Shown here one piece after another: positions 1-8,753 of a stretch of DNA of 64,000 nucleotides (within the stretch, counting starts at the first letter, position 1; each line of letters opens with the position of its first letter). This DNA is from a virus. Taxonomy: Duplodnaviria > Caudoviricetes. The DNA is taken from the IMG/VR virus record IMGVR_UViG_3300044641_005618; one strand, written 5' to 3'. The translations under genes and the position numbers were made by a program. Below the pieces are notes generated by a model that was not told where the DNA came from, searched no databases, and was given only the letters and a program-made list of their open reading frames with translations.

Positions 1-151
1 TTCGGCAAGTTCCCGCTGTGCCGTAGGCCGTGCCGTTGGGGCGAACACAGCGAGTGAAATCATAGCTTGACCCGTAAAGGGAATCTACAAGTTTTTCTTT
101 CGCCACTTCTTGGTAGTGTTCAAGAGCCGTGTTTGAGAAGTTGCCTTGCAT
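1..151 (-). CDS. 5' part of another modular-family gene (leader + YDFTRC module), running off the window edge
   Basis: Manual translation from ATG 151: MQGNFSNTALEHYQEVAKEKLVDSLYGSSYDFTRCVRPNGTAYGTAGTCR; GGGTAAAT motif 21 nt upstream. An alternative ATG lies at 157. Confidence 0.85.
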   Translation of the reverse strand, partial: MQGNFSNTALEHYQEVAKEKLVDSLYGSSYDFTRCVRPNGTAYGTAGTCR

Positions 152-172
152 GTACATACCGTCCTCTAAGTA

Positions 173-180
173 ATTTACCC
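173..180 (-). promoter_or_regulatory. GGGTAAA late-type promoter motif
   Basis: GGGTAAAT, 21 nt before ATG 151. Confidence 0.7.
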
Positions 181-402
181 GCAATTGCTTCGCAATTCGC
201 TGAGAATGTGGTCTATGCTAGCAGGGTGGAGTAGTTCGGTTGTGGTTGGCGAGGAATAGCGATAGCCATGGGAGCGAGCCCATTTGAGTAGGGACTGTTC
301 AAGGTCGAAGCATTCTCCGAGGGTGGCGTGGTGATTTCTACACTGAACTGTCTCCCGGTGACTATTTAACACCAGGTTTTCCAAAAAAGACGTAGTAGTC
401 AA
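175..402 (-). CDS. hypothetical protein
   Basis: 75-aa ORF on the coding strand with a TTG start; no recognisable motif. Confidence 0.35.
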   Translation of the reverse strand: MTTTSFLENLVLNSHRETVQCRNHHATLGECFDLEQSLLKWARSHGYRYSSPTTTELLHPASIDHILSELRSNCG

Positions 403-966
403 AGAAAGTGTCGCTAAGACTTAGTCTGTCTTCGGAGGAATACTTAATTTTACCAAGGCCCTCTATGCGAAAACCTCTACGTTTGATTCCACTGGATCTC
501 CCACTTTTCGCTGCTTGCCCTGGAGCATAAATTCCTACTCCTCTTTCTTTGATGACTTGATTACCTTTAGCTCCCCCTACCCTTTTTTCCTCCTGCACTC
601 TTCAGTGTTTCCCTTTAAGGCGTTTAGTCTTTGCCGATCTGAACTCCAAAAACCGGTTTTATTTCTCTTACAAACTTCGTGGGTTGCATAGGCGCCCAAC
701 ACAGGAATAACAGAGTCCCCTCCTGCTTTAACCCTTCCTGTCATCATATTCACTGAGGCTAAATCTTTAGTCTCTCCGTAAACTTCCCAACGAATCCTAT
801 GCGCTTTTATGTGGTCTTTGACTAAGCACTCGACTATGTTGTCCTCTTTGTATTCGCCTCCAGCGTGACCCGGTAAAATGCGATGAGTTTGAGATGATAT
901 ACCATGACCTAGAAGTGCTTTCTCTTTTTCTTTGAGATGTAGTATATAAGAAGTGTACTTGTCCAT
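362..966 (-). CDS. free-standing HNH-like homing endonuclease, apparently split by a frameshift near 577-598
   Basis: ORF 577..966 has an HNH-like pattern (THRILPGHAGG..N.V...H..AH); ORF 362..598 continues the same K-x-x-G-x-G repeat style (KRNKTGFW / KERGVGIY); the two overlap by 22 nt across an A6 run. Confidence 0.55.
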
Positions 967-1023
967 AGAAAATCCTCCACGCTTGTTATAGCGCAGAGGA
1001 CAGTGCAGTAAAGATTGCTAAAA

Positions 1024-3044
1024 TTAGCCTACACTTGGTGCGGTCAAAGCAACTGGCGTTGCAGCGACAGAGGCCAAATCAAGGGGAAAATTATGGGCAT
1101 TCATTACCCGGTAGGGTAACCGCTGTTTCCAACGGGATCGGACTATATCATCAAATTGCTTTTGCAATTTGTCGGGCGCTAATCTGGTTTTACGTAGCAC
1201 GCTTGTTACACCCAGTAGTCTCTGAACCTTCCTTAGAAGCGTCTAAGGCTTGGCTGCTGATTGGCCCTTGGGCTTTCCAGCAATTCACCCGATTTAAAGA
1301 GCGCAATGCCTAGTTTCACGCTCGTGCATAACTTCTAAGCCTAAATTTGCTTTATTAAGCAAATCTGCCCAAGTGTTAACCACACGACCCTGGCTATCTT
1401 GAATGGACTGGTTAAAATTGAAACCATTTAAGTTAAATCCTGCGACAAAGATACCGCAAGCAGCAAACCAGATTCCAATCACAGGGAGTGCTGCCATAAC
1501 AAAGTGCAGAGAGCGACTATTGTTGAAAGAAGCGTATTGGAACAAGAGGCGTCCCAGATACCCGTGAGCGGACACCAGATTGTAGGTTTCTTGGTTTTGC
1601 CCAAATTTGTAACCGTAGTTCTGACTTTCATTCTCAGTGGTTTCTCTTACCAAAGATGAGGTTACAAGAGAGCCATGTGTGGCACTGATTAAAGCACCTC
1701 CGAACACACCGGCAACTCCAATCATGTGGAAGGGAGACATTAGTATGTTATGCTCCGCAGAAAAAACCAACATGAAATTGAACTGGCCGGAGATTCCCAG
1801 AGGGAATCCGTCAGAGAATGATCCTTGGCTGATGGGGTAAGCCAGGAAAATTGCGGTTGCCGCTGCTACGGGGGCAGAGTAAGCCACGCAAATCCAGGGT
1901 CTTTGGCCGAGGCGATAAGAAAGTTCCCACTCACGCCCCATGTAGCAAAAGATGCCAATAAGGAAGTGGAAAACGATAAGTTGGTAAGGGCCACCATTGT
2001 AGCAGGGTGGCGTCCGCTAGTTCCCTAACGGCGTGGACTATATTATCGTTTTGCTTCGCAAAACAAAACGTCGGGAGCTCTAGCCTGTCATTAAGAAACA
2101 CTGTAGTTTCTCAGGTAGTCTCTGAACGTTCCTCCGGTGTACCGAAGGCTTCGCTGCTGATTGCCCGTTTTGCAGAAGCAAAACTAGGGTTCCCAGTCAA
2201 TTCACCCGATTTAGGGTGGCCCTACAGGCTGAGCCACTCATCAAGGGAAGCAGCTTCCCAGATTGGATAGAACACCTACCCGTAAGTTTCCTTACGGAGC
2301 TGACTATATCATCAACTTGTAAACAAGTCGTCGGGCGCTAGCGGTGTATTACATCCCACGCTTGGGAAACCACCTAGTCGATGAACGTTTCCTAGAAGAT
2401 CGTCTAGGACTTCGCTGCTGATTGCCCGTTTTGCTAAGCAAAACTAGGGTTCCCAGTCAATTCACCCGATTTGCTTACGGCCTCACGGCAGTAAGGCACT
2501 CCTTTACGAATGCAATCCAATCGCATTAGAACTTGGTACTACGGCACCACTGATGCTTTCTCTGTGAGAAAGTGGACTATATCTTCATCTTTGTTTTTGC
2601 AAAGAGCTGGGCGCTCTGTTTACTTCTTTTCGATGTAAAGCCTGTTATTAAGAAACACTGTAGTTTCTCAGGTAGTCTCTGAACGTTCCTCCGGTGTACC
2701 GAAGGCTTCGCTGCTGATTGTCTTAGTATCCCAACTTTGGAGTTGAATACTCAAGGTATCCCAGCAATTCACCCAGTTTACTTCTGCGAATCACTTCGCA
2801 GTGACACCATCTAGATGTTGTTGCCGTACATAAGCGAACCAGCAACTGGCTCACGAATTCCGTCGATATCGACAGGAGGTGCTGCGACGAACGCAACGAT
2901 GAAGCAAATAGTTGCAGCTAGCAACGTGGGGATCATGATTGTACCGAAATTTCCGATATATAACCGGTTGTCGGTACTCGTGACCCAACTAAGGTAACGC
3001 TCCCAAAGATTACTCTGAGGACGTTGTAAAACTGAACTAGCCAT
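1024..3044 (-). CDS. psbA: photosystem II D1 protein, 5 exons (3044-2815, 2555-2510, 2272-2232, 2002-1318, 1101-1024), 359 aa
   Basis: Exons sum to 1080 nt and restore canonical D1 across each junction: YGNNI|[15 protein letters not shown]|[14 protein letters not shown]|YNGGPYQL...VMHER|[10 protein letters not shown]. Confidence 0.97.
1102..1317 (-). mobile_element. group I intron 4 of psbA (216 nt, ORF-less), between codons R334 and N335
   Basis: 5' exon ends in U (CGU), intron ends in G; conserved elements AAAUCGGGUGAAUUGCUGGAA, AAUCAGCAG, GUUCAGAGACUA and GAUAUAGUC. Confidence 0.93.
2003..2231 (-). mobile_element. group I intron 3 of psbA (229 nt, ORF-less), within codon L106
   Basis: P1 pairing of exon GUGGCU with intron GGCCAC places a U.G pair at the splice site; terminal G; core elements present. 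Confidence 0.92.
2273..2509 (-). mobile_element. group I intron 2 of psbA (237 nt, ORF-less), after codon H92 (nt 276)
   Basis: Exon ends CAU, intron ends G before UUC UAU CCA; core elements present. Confidence 0.92.
2556..2814 (-). mobile_element. group I intron 1 of psbA (259 nt, ORF-less), within codon I77
   Basis: Exon ends AU, intron ends G before C AUC AGU GGU; core elements present. Confidence 0.92.
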
Positions 3045-3240
3045 TTAGCATGATTAAGTAAGTGATCTTAGGGAAAGATCTGTTACAAAACCCTCACTAC
3101 CCTAAGGTGAGGCAGGATGAGAGACAGATTGACTTGCCTAGTCCCGGTAGCGGCAAGGCGGTTGAAAGAATCAACCGCGACACAGGTAGTATAGGGTGCT
3201 TAGCGATCGGTAAACGTTGGTTCCAAAACTTTGCTGGAGG

Positions 3241-3379
3241 AAAACTTTACTGCTGTACCGTCCGGTCTCACACGCCGTGTAAAGACATACTCACCACCTT
3301 CAGTAAAGTTTACAGACTAAGTATGAGTTGCAAGCTGAGCAAACTGCTCAAGTACGGTTTCGGAAAAAGACCCTTGCAG
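3241..3379 (-). pseudogene. decayed copy of the leader + YDFTRC cassette
   Basis: Reads (L)QGSFSETVLEQFAQLATHT*SVNFTEGGEYVFTRRVRPDGTAVK: CTG in place of ATG, in-frame TAG at 3319-3317, D>V and C>R in the module. Confidence 0.75.
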
Positions 3380-3472
3380 GGGTAATTTGTTTCTATACCC
3401 GCTTATACCACCTTCTCTAAGTCTGGTACGCACCCCTCAGAATCTCCTCCCAGGTTAAGTGCCAAGGCTCAT

Positions 3473-4630
3473 TCAGGTAGTGGAGTTAAAGGTCCTATGA
3501 GTCGTATAAGGGGTAGCTTTCAGAGACTCTTCGAAGAATCCGGGTTTGTTTGTCTTAAGCCCTGCCCCAAAAATAACCGTATGCCAAAGGGATATCTCTC
3601 TAGAGCTTTCTTTAAACATGTAAGTTTGATCCAGACTCGCCTCGGAAGAGGTGGAGGGGACCATTTTCCCGTTACTTTTCTTGGCATACTGGTTCATCCC
3701 TGGCGGTCCATCAATTTCTTCCCCGTCCTTCGTCGTTTTTGGTCTGGAAAATCCCATCTTAACATAAGCGTCCATTCTACTCTGACCCCTACCGTCTTCC
3801 GTCCAAGCTTTCGTCGTCACTACGGCGCCCTCTGGAAGAGACTTAACAAGAGCTTCGTACGTACGACGGACGGTGTTTGCCACTTCAATTTGCTCCCCTC
3901 TCTGCGTTACTGTACCCGCGTCATACTTTCCGTTAACCTTAAAGTCGAAGTGTTTTCGCCCAAACTCCGTCTTCACACGATGTCCTGACTTTGTTGTGAC
4001 TTCAGTGACGATGCTCGCAAAGGGGGAAGAAACGAAGACTTTGGTTCCCGCCGGAACGTTGTCCACCATACCGCTTAGGATTTTTTCGTTAGTCTTAAAT
4101 TTGTTTAGTTCCTTGTTGAGCCTTTCCAGCTCAAAGTCTAGGTATTCGTCAGGTTTGGGGTGCTTCTTCTTATACTCATTTAGTTCTTTTATCTTCTCCT
4201 CTATACTCTTCCTGGGCAAACCCCCTGTTAGCTTAGTGGTATCACCTACCAACTCACCTCCGATTTTGGGCTTAGTTGGTTCCTTTGGCTTGGGAGGTAT
4301 CTCTGAACCTTTCTTCTCGTCAATTAGCTTCTGAATCTTGGCGGCCTGGTGAGGCTTTACTCTCGGATCACCTGGAAGCTTTTCCAGGTCCCCGACGGAA
4401 GGGCTCTTAACCGTCTTCCCAACGCGCATTTCTCGAACCCTCGGTGGGACTTCACCCTTGGCCTCTTCCGTACCCTTCCTACACTGCCCCGCCGTCCCAT
4501 ACACAGTACCGTCCGGTTTCACACAGCGTGTAAAGTCATAGGTTTCCCCCTCAGCAAAATCCGCACCTTGCAGTTTAATCACAAGATTCCTGTAGGAATC
4601 TAGCGCAATTTCTGAGAAGTAACCACCCAT
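3473..4630 (-). CDS. modular-family protein: leader + YDFTRC + DPR module + GNAT-like C-terminal domain
   Basis: Start revised to ATG 4630 (MGGYFSEIALDSY); DFAEGETYDFTRCVKPDG; C-terminal GRGQSRMDAYVKMGFS resembles the GNAT R/N-x4-5-Y-x-K-x-G-F motif. Confidence 0.7.
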   Translation of the reverse strand: MGGYFSEIALDSYRNLVIKLQGADFAEGETYDFTRCVKPDGTVYGTAGQCRKGTEEAKGEVPPRVREMRVGKTVKSPSVGDLEKLPGDPRVKPHQAAKIQKLIDEKKGSEIPPKPKEPTKPKIGGELVGDTTKLTGGLPRKSIEEKIKELNEYKKKHPKPDEYLDFELERLNKELNKFKTNEKILSGMVDNVPAGTKVFVSSPFASIVTEVTTKSGHRVKTEFGRKHFDFKVNGKYDAGTVTQRGEQIEVANTVRRTYEALVKSLPEGAVVTTKAWTEDGRGQSRMDAYVKMGFSRPKTTKDGEEIDGPPGMNQYAKKSNGKMVPSTSSEASLDQTYMFKESSREISLWHTVIFGAGLKTNKPGFFEESLKATPYTTHRTFNSTT

Positions 4631-4652
4631 CTGTACAGAGTCAAGTACCAAC

Positions 4653-4660
4653 TTTTACCC
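4653..4660 (-). promoter_or_regulatory. GGGTAAA late-type promoter motif
   Basis: GGGTAAAA, 22 nt before ATG 4630. Confidence 0.75.
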
Positions 4661-4667
4661 TACGACC

Positions 4668-6152
4668 TCAGACGGATGAAAGCAGTGTAAGGTGTTTCTT
4701 CGCCCGAGTAACCTGTACATAGCACAGATTGCTTTCCTGAGCAAGCTCCCACGGCTTCTTCGCCCAGCGGCTCGGGCTCAGGCGGTCCATATCCAGTGCA
4801 AACACGCGGTCCCACTCTCGCCCCTTGGCCCGGTGAATGGTAGACAGTGTGAGGACCTTTCTCTGGTTTCCTTCGCTGTCCGAGAAAAGCTCTCGAATGT
4901 TGTTCACAAGAACCTCAATCGAGTCGCCAGGATCGCAGTTTTCAATCAGAACACGAAGCGTCCCCACCTGGTCTTCTACCGTGGAGCACCGGTCGTTGTT
5001 GCCCTTCGCCTGGGCTTTGGTCATTTCGGCACCTTCCCACTGCTCCAGCCTCTCTTCAAGCTGAGCAACCGTGGTAACTTTTTTCCATCGCTTTGCCAGC
5101 TTGATTAGGCCCTCCCCGATGGCCCGCCCTTCAACTCTGCACGCTGTGCCCTCACGCAGCAATTTGTAGGCAAGTTCGATAAGGGGCTTCGTGGTGCGGC
5201 ACAGGATGGCGTCCGACGCCCCAAATTCCCCTTTGCCTATGGCTTTTTTGACGGTCGTGCTATCCACAACTCCCTCTGGAGCACTTTCGTGTGCCTCAAT
5301 GTGGCTGACCCACTCCTGGGCTTTTGAAACAATCTTCTTGGGGCACCGGTAGGTGACAGTGAGTGGAAGCTCTGTGGCTTGAAACTCCGTTGCAATGTTC
5401 TCTAGGGAGGCATGGTCAGCCCCGGTGAATCCGTAGATCGCCTGGTGTTCGTCACCCACGGCGACAAAACGCCCAGTCGGCTTCAGCATTTTCTTCATCA
5501 TTGCTCGACGGACGAAGTTCGCGTCTTGCGCCTCGTCTAGAAAGCACCAGTCGTACTGACGAAATGGAAGGTTCTTCACCAGCGGTCCATAAATCATGTC
5601 GTCAAAGTCCACGACTTTGCCCAGCATGGAGTTGCTTTTGCGCACCAGTTTCACCGTTTCACGAATGGCATCGTCGTAAGAGACGTCTTCAGGGAGCAAG
5701 TCTCCGAGAGAAAAATGGCTTACCATCGCGTCCCAACTGAACGCAGGGTCAATTTGGTAGCCGAGTTGCTTTGCCATTGCCGCTGTGGCGACGCAAAACC
5801 GGCGAATTCCCCAGTTTTCTATCGTGTCCTCCGCAATGTTTCCCAGTTTCTTCCCGTCAACCTTAATGTTTTTATGAGCAGCACGCAGCGCAGCGAAGCC
5901 GAACGAGTGACACGTCCCGGTCCGCACTCGGCTCTGCAGCCCCAAAGGTGCTACACGCTGAGCAATCTCCTCAGAAATTGCCTTGTTGTACGCACAGAAC
6001 GCCACTTCCCCTTCTGTCTCGGGGAGCATTTCCACCAGCAGGGTGGTCTTTCCAGACCCCGCTACTGACCTTACGATGAGGTTACCGGATCCGGTTCGAA
6101 CCCAACCCTTGGCGGCTTGCTGCTGAGGGGACAGGGAGAGAGTGGTTTTCAT
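4668..6152 (-). CDS. UvrD/Rep-like superfamily 1 helicase
   Basis: AGSGKT, DEAQD, VGDEHQAIYGFTGA, TYRCP, STIHRAKGREW and YVQVTRAK motifs. Confidence 0.93.
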   Translation of the reverse strand: MKTTLSLSPQQQAAKGWVRTGSGNLIVRSVAGSGKTTLLVEMLPETEGEVAFCAYNKAISEEIAQRVAPLGLQSRVRTGTCHSFGFAALRAAHKNIKVDGKKLGNIAEDTIENWGIRRFCVATAAMAKQLGYQIDPAFSWDAMVSHFSLGDLLPEDVSYDDAIRETVKLVRKSNSMLGKVVDFDDMIYGPLVKNLPFRQYDWCFLDEAQDANFVRRAMMKKMLKPTGRFVAVGDEHQAIYGFTGADHASLENIATEFQATELPLTVTYRCPKKIVSKAQEWVSHIEAHESAPEGVVDSTTVKKAIGKGEFGASDAILCRTTKPLIELAYKLLREGTACRVEGRAIGEGLIKLAKRWKKVTTVAQLEERLEQWEGAEMTKAQAKGNNDRCSTVEDQVGTLRVLIENCDPGDSIEVLVNNIRELFSDSEGNQRKVLTLSTIHRAKGREWDRVFALDMDRLSPSRWAKKPWELAQESNLCYVQVTRAKKHLTLLSSV

Positions 6153-6172
6153 GAATGGGCTTTCATGATCTA

Positions 6173-6201
6173 ATTATACCGTTTCTGACGAGCAGAAACA
6201 A
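6173..6201 (-). promoter_or_regulatory. sigma70-type (early) promoter of the helicase
   Basis: TTGTTT-17 nt-TATAAT, 20 nt before ATG 6152. Confidence 0.7.
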
Positions 6202-6293
6202 GCCGGGAAACCGGCCAAGGCTGGGCGGTAAACCGCCTTCCCCCCGCGAACAGCACAAAAGTATTTGCATACTTAGTTGTGTAAGAGCTGTCT

Positions 6294-6461
6294 TCAGCGA
6301 GCTTGGTTGAGCAATCTCTGTCCGAACTCTCGTAGGTCTTGATTTCTTTCCAAATTGCCAATCATCATCGCCATTCTCCCCACTTCAGCACTCCCATCCG
6401 TTTTTAGAGCGTCCTGGACCAGGGGGTCGGCCATGAATTTTTTGATTGAGTCTTTGTTCAT
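6294..6461 (-). CDS. 55-aa ORF translationally coupled to the 758-aa modular protein (candidate immunity/partner)
   Basis: Manual translation MNKDSIKKFMADPLVQDALKTDGSAEVGRMAMMIGNLERNQDLREFGQRLLNQAR; ATGA overlap with the upstream stop. Confidence 0.7.
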   Translation of the reverse strand: MNKDSIKKFMADPLVQDALKTDGSAEVGRMAMMIGNLERNQDLREFGQRLLNQAR

Positions 6462-8734
6462 AGGAATAGTTCTCCGGCGACATCAAGATTAGGGAAAGAC
6501 TTGCACGCTGCATCCAGCAGCTTGTTGAATCCGGGTGTTTTCTCCATTTCCCTGTACTTTCTTATAAATTTGTCCCAGTTGGCTCGCTCGTATCCATCTT
6601 CTTCTGTAAAGAAGTATTTTGTACGGTACTTTACTTTGATATTGTTCCTCTTGTCTAAGACCTGAATGTCCCGTGAAACGTATCTTTTTAGATCTCTGTC
6701 AGTTAACTCGGGGCTATCCCCACGACCCTTAAGGGAAGCTGAACGGTGGAGCAGGTTGACTAAAACTTCTTCCGCAGGTGAGGGACTAAACGAGCCAATA
6801 CCAAACCACTCTCCAATTTTTTCCGGGCCACCGAGAAAACTGTGTAGTAAAACGTGGACTCGGTCGTGCTCCCAGTCGACTGAGCCCGGATACGCAGTTA
6901 GGCCAGCTTTTTTCCTCCATTCCTCCGCAGCGGCTTCCACAGCGACGAAGTCCAAGTTGTTCCCCCCTTCAAACAACCTTTTCGGTGCTTTACTTGTTTT
7001 GGGTCGAGGTTTTTTCTTGTCTGCCGCCTGCTCTACCCCTTTGCGACACTTTCCTTTCGTGCCGTACGCAGTGCCATCGGGCCTCACACAACGTGTAAAG
7101 TCATAGCGTTCCTCTTCGGAGAAGCACTCATCGTTTAGCTCAGAGGTGAGCTGTGAGTAGGCAACTAGTGAACTTTCGGAGAATGTTCCGTTCATTTTGC
7201 TCTTGGCGAGGGCTGGGGCAACAGGGTCTTTTGAGGTCGTTTTGCTCTTAGGGGGTGGTTCCCATGAGTGGTCCTTCATGAGCTGATTATACCGTCTTTG
7301 AGCCTCTAACATCCTTGTAATTTCCTCGCGGTTGAGCGCACCCTCCTTGTCGAGTGCCGTTTGCAGTTCAGCCCTGGCTTTTTTCGTCGCCAGGGTGCCC
7401 CCGTAATTCGCCCGCACACGCTCGGTAATGTTCGCGTTAAGAACCATTGCGTTACCCAATTCCTGCCCTCTCAGTTCTCTCTTCGGTGCAAGTTCCTGGC
7501 GCCTTTGACCTTCTTTCGCCGCTCCCCTGGCGGGAGAGGAGTCCCCGACCATCGTGTCTTTCTTCGCCCCTCCAGGGTTCCGATCGTCCATTGCATCGTT
7601 AACACGTCGCATCCGTATTTGGGCCAGTCGATTTCTGTTAGCGTACACAACTCGCCCTGCTCGCCCTTCTGCGTTGGATAACCTGCTCCCCAAAGGTGCC
7701 TGAAGCGCACCACGGTCTCTAAGGTAGTCTTGTGCTTTAGCGCCTATCTGTTCGCCCCTTTTGAACATAGCTTCAGTTCTTCTTGCCATTGCAACTGAGT
7801 GTGGTAATGTACCCCCCTTGGAAGTTGCCGCTTGAGGTCCCTTTAACCCCTCCCCCTGCTTCTCCTTCAACAACTTATTCAGCTGCCCCCTTTGCCTATC
7901 ATTCAGTCTCGGGTCACTCAGAACTTTCTTAAGGTCCTCAGCCCCCAAAGCCTTAATCTTCTCAGTAACCCGCATTCCACCCGGCTTCGCCCCCCTCTTC
8001 TTCTTGTCCGACACCATCTCCTTGCTTGGAGTGGGGTCCGCAGCCTGAGAAATTCGGGCCTTGCTCGGAAACTTTGTGACCCCGCTCGGAGTCAGGTTCT
8101 CTGGTACAAGGGGAACCATCACACCGGTCTCAATTCTCCCTTTGTCCAGGGAGTCCCGAATTTGCATCTTCGTCTGATTGAGCTTTTTATAGGCACTACT
8201 CAACTTTTCAATCTTATCCTGTGTGGTTTTCCTTAGGTCATCAAACTTCGGTGAGTCTGACATGCGCTTCAGCAACCCCTCCTGGCGGCTTAGCTTCTCT
8301 CCCACCTCTTTCATTTTCTCGTTAATTACAGCCCAGTGCTCACCGGTTAGAGCCGCTTTGACTTTGCCCTTTGCACCCACCGTTTGAGTCCGCCCAGAGC
8401 TTTCTACAATCTTCGACCCTTTCGGGAGCATTCCCGCAAGTTGGCTTATTGCATCGTTCTCTCCCTTGTCCTCTTGGACCCCCTTGCGGCAGGTCCCCCC
8501 GGTGCCGTATGCAGTGCCATTGGGGCGGACGCAGCGGGTGTAGTCGTAGTTCTCAATGTATTCTCCGCGAGCCTCACCGGATTTTGCAACAAATTGCTGC
8601 TCTCCACGACTCCTAGCCCCTTCAGAGAAATCTTGAAGTCCCCCTACACTTGAGATGGCGGACGCTTCGTAGCCTGCATCCCGCATCATCGCGAGAAACT
8701 TTTCGGCGGAGTCAGGGGTGAAGGAGCCTTGCAT
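6458..8734 (-). CDS. modular-family protein with two leader + YDFTRC units, a DPR module and a C-terminal HDxxH domain
   Basis: MQGSFTPDS...YDYTRC at the N-terminus; internal MNGTFSESSLVAY (ATG 7195)...CFSEEERYDFTRC; C-terminal WEHDRVHVLLH...AEE. Confidence 0.8.
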   Translation of the reverse strand: MQGSFTPDSAEKFLAMMRDAGYEASAISSVGGLQDFSEGARSRGEQQFVAKSGEARGEYIENYDYTRCVRPNGTAYGTGGTCRKGVQEDKGENDAISQLAGMLPKGSKIVESSGRTQTVGAKGKVKAALTGEHWAVINEKMKEVGEKLSRQEGLLKRMSDSPKFDDLRKTTQDKIEKLSSAYKKLNQTKMQIRDSLDKGRIETGVMVPLVPENLTPSGVTKFPSKARISQAADPTPSKEMVSDKKKRGAKPGGMRVTEKIKALGAEDLKKVLSDPRLNDRQRGQLNKLLKEKQGEGLKGPQAATSKGGTLPHSVAMARRTEAMFKRGEQIGAKAQDYLRDRGALQAPLGSRLSNAEGRAGRVVYANRNRLAQIRMRRVNDAMDDRNPGGAKKDTMVGDSSPARGAAKEGQRRQELAPKRELRGQELGNAMVLNANITERVRANYGGTLATKKARAELQTALDKEGALNREEITRMLEAQRRYNQLMKDHSWEPPPKSKTTSKDPVAPALAKSKMNGTFSESSLVAYSQLTSELNDECFSEEERYDFTRCVRPDGTAYGTKGKCRKGVEQAADKKKPRPKTSKAPKRLFEGGNNLDFVAVEAAAEEWRKKAGLTAYPGSVDWEHDRVHVLLHSFLGGPEKIGEWFGIGSFSPSPAEEVLVNLLHRSASLKGRGDSPELTDRDLKRYVSRDIQVLDKRNNIKVKYRTKYFFTEEDGYERANWDKFIRKYREMEKTPGFNKLLDAACKSFPNLDVAGELFL

Positions 8735-8753
8735 ACGATTTCCCGTGTATGCC

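Noticed and set aside
1294-1941. psbA as a truncated pseudogene or a rogue/ChlF-type D1
   Set aside because: Splicing gives a full 359-aa frame with all Mn ligands, YZ and M127/G128 intact.
1035-2997. Plus-strand ORFs and short minus-strand ORFs across psbA and its introns
   Set aside because: They are antisense shadows or exon/intron read-through; the spliced psbA accounts for the region, and the introns are too short to encode endonucleases.
3062-3385. 107-aa plus-strand ORF, or an ncRNA upstream of psbA
   Set aside because: The minus strand explains part of it as a decayed family cassette; no RNA-gene hallmarks were seen.
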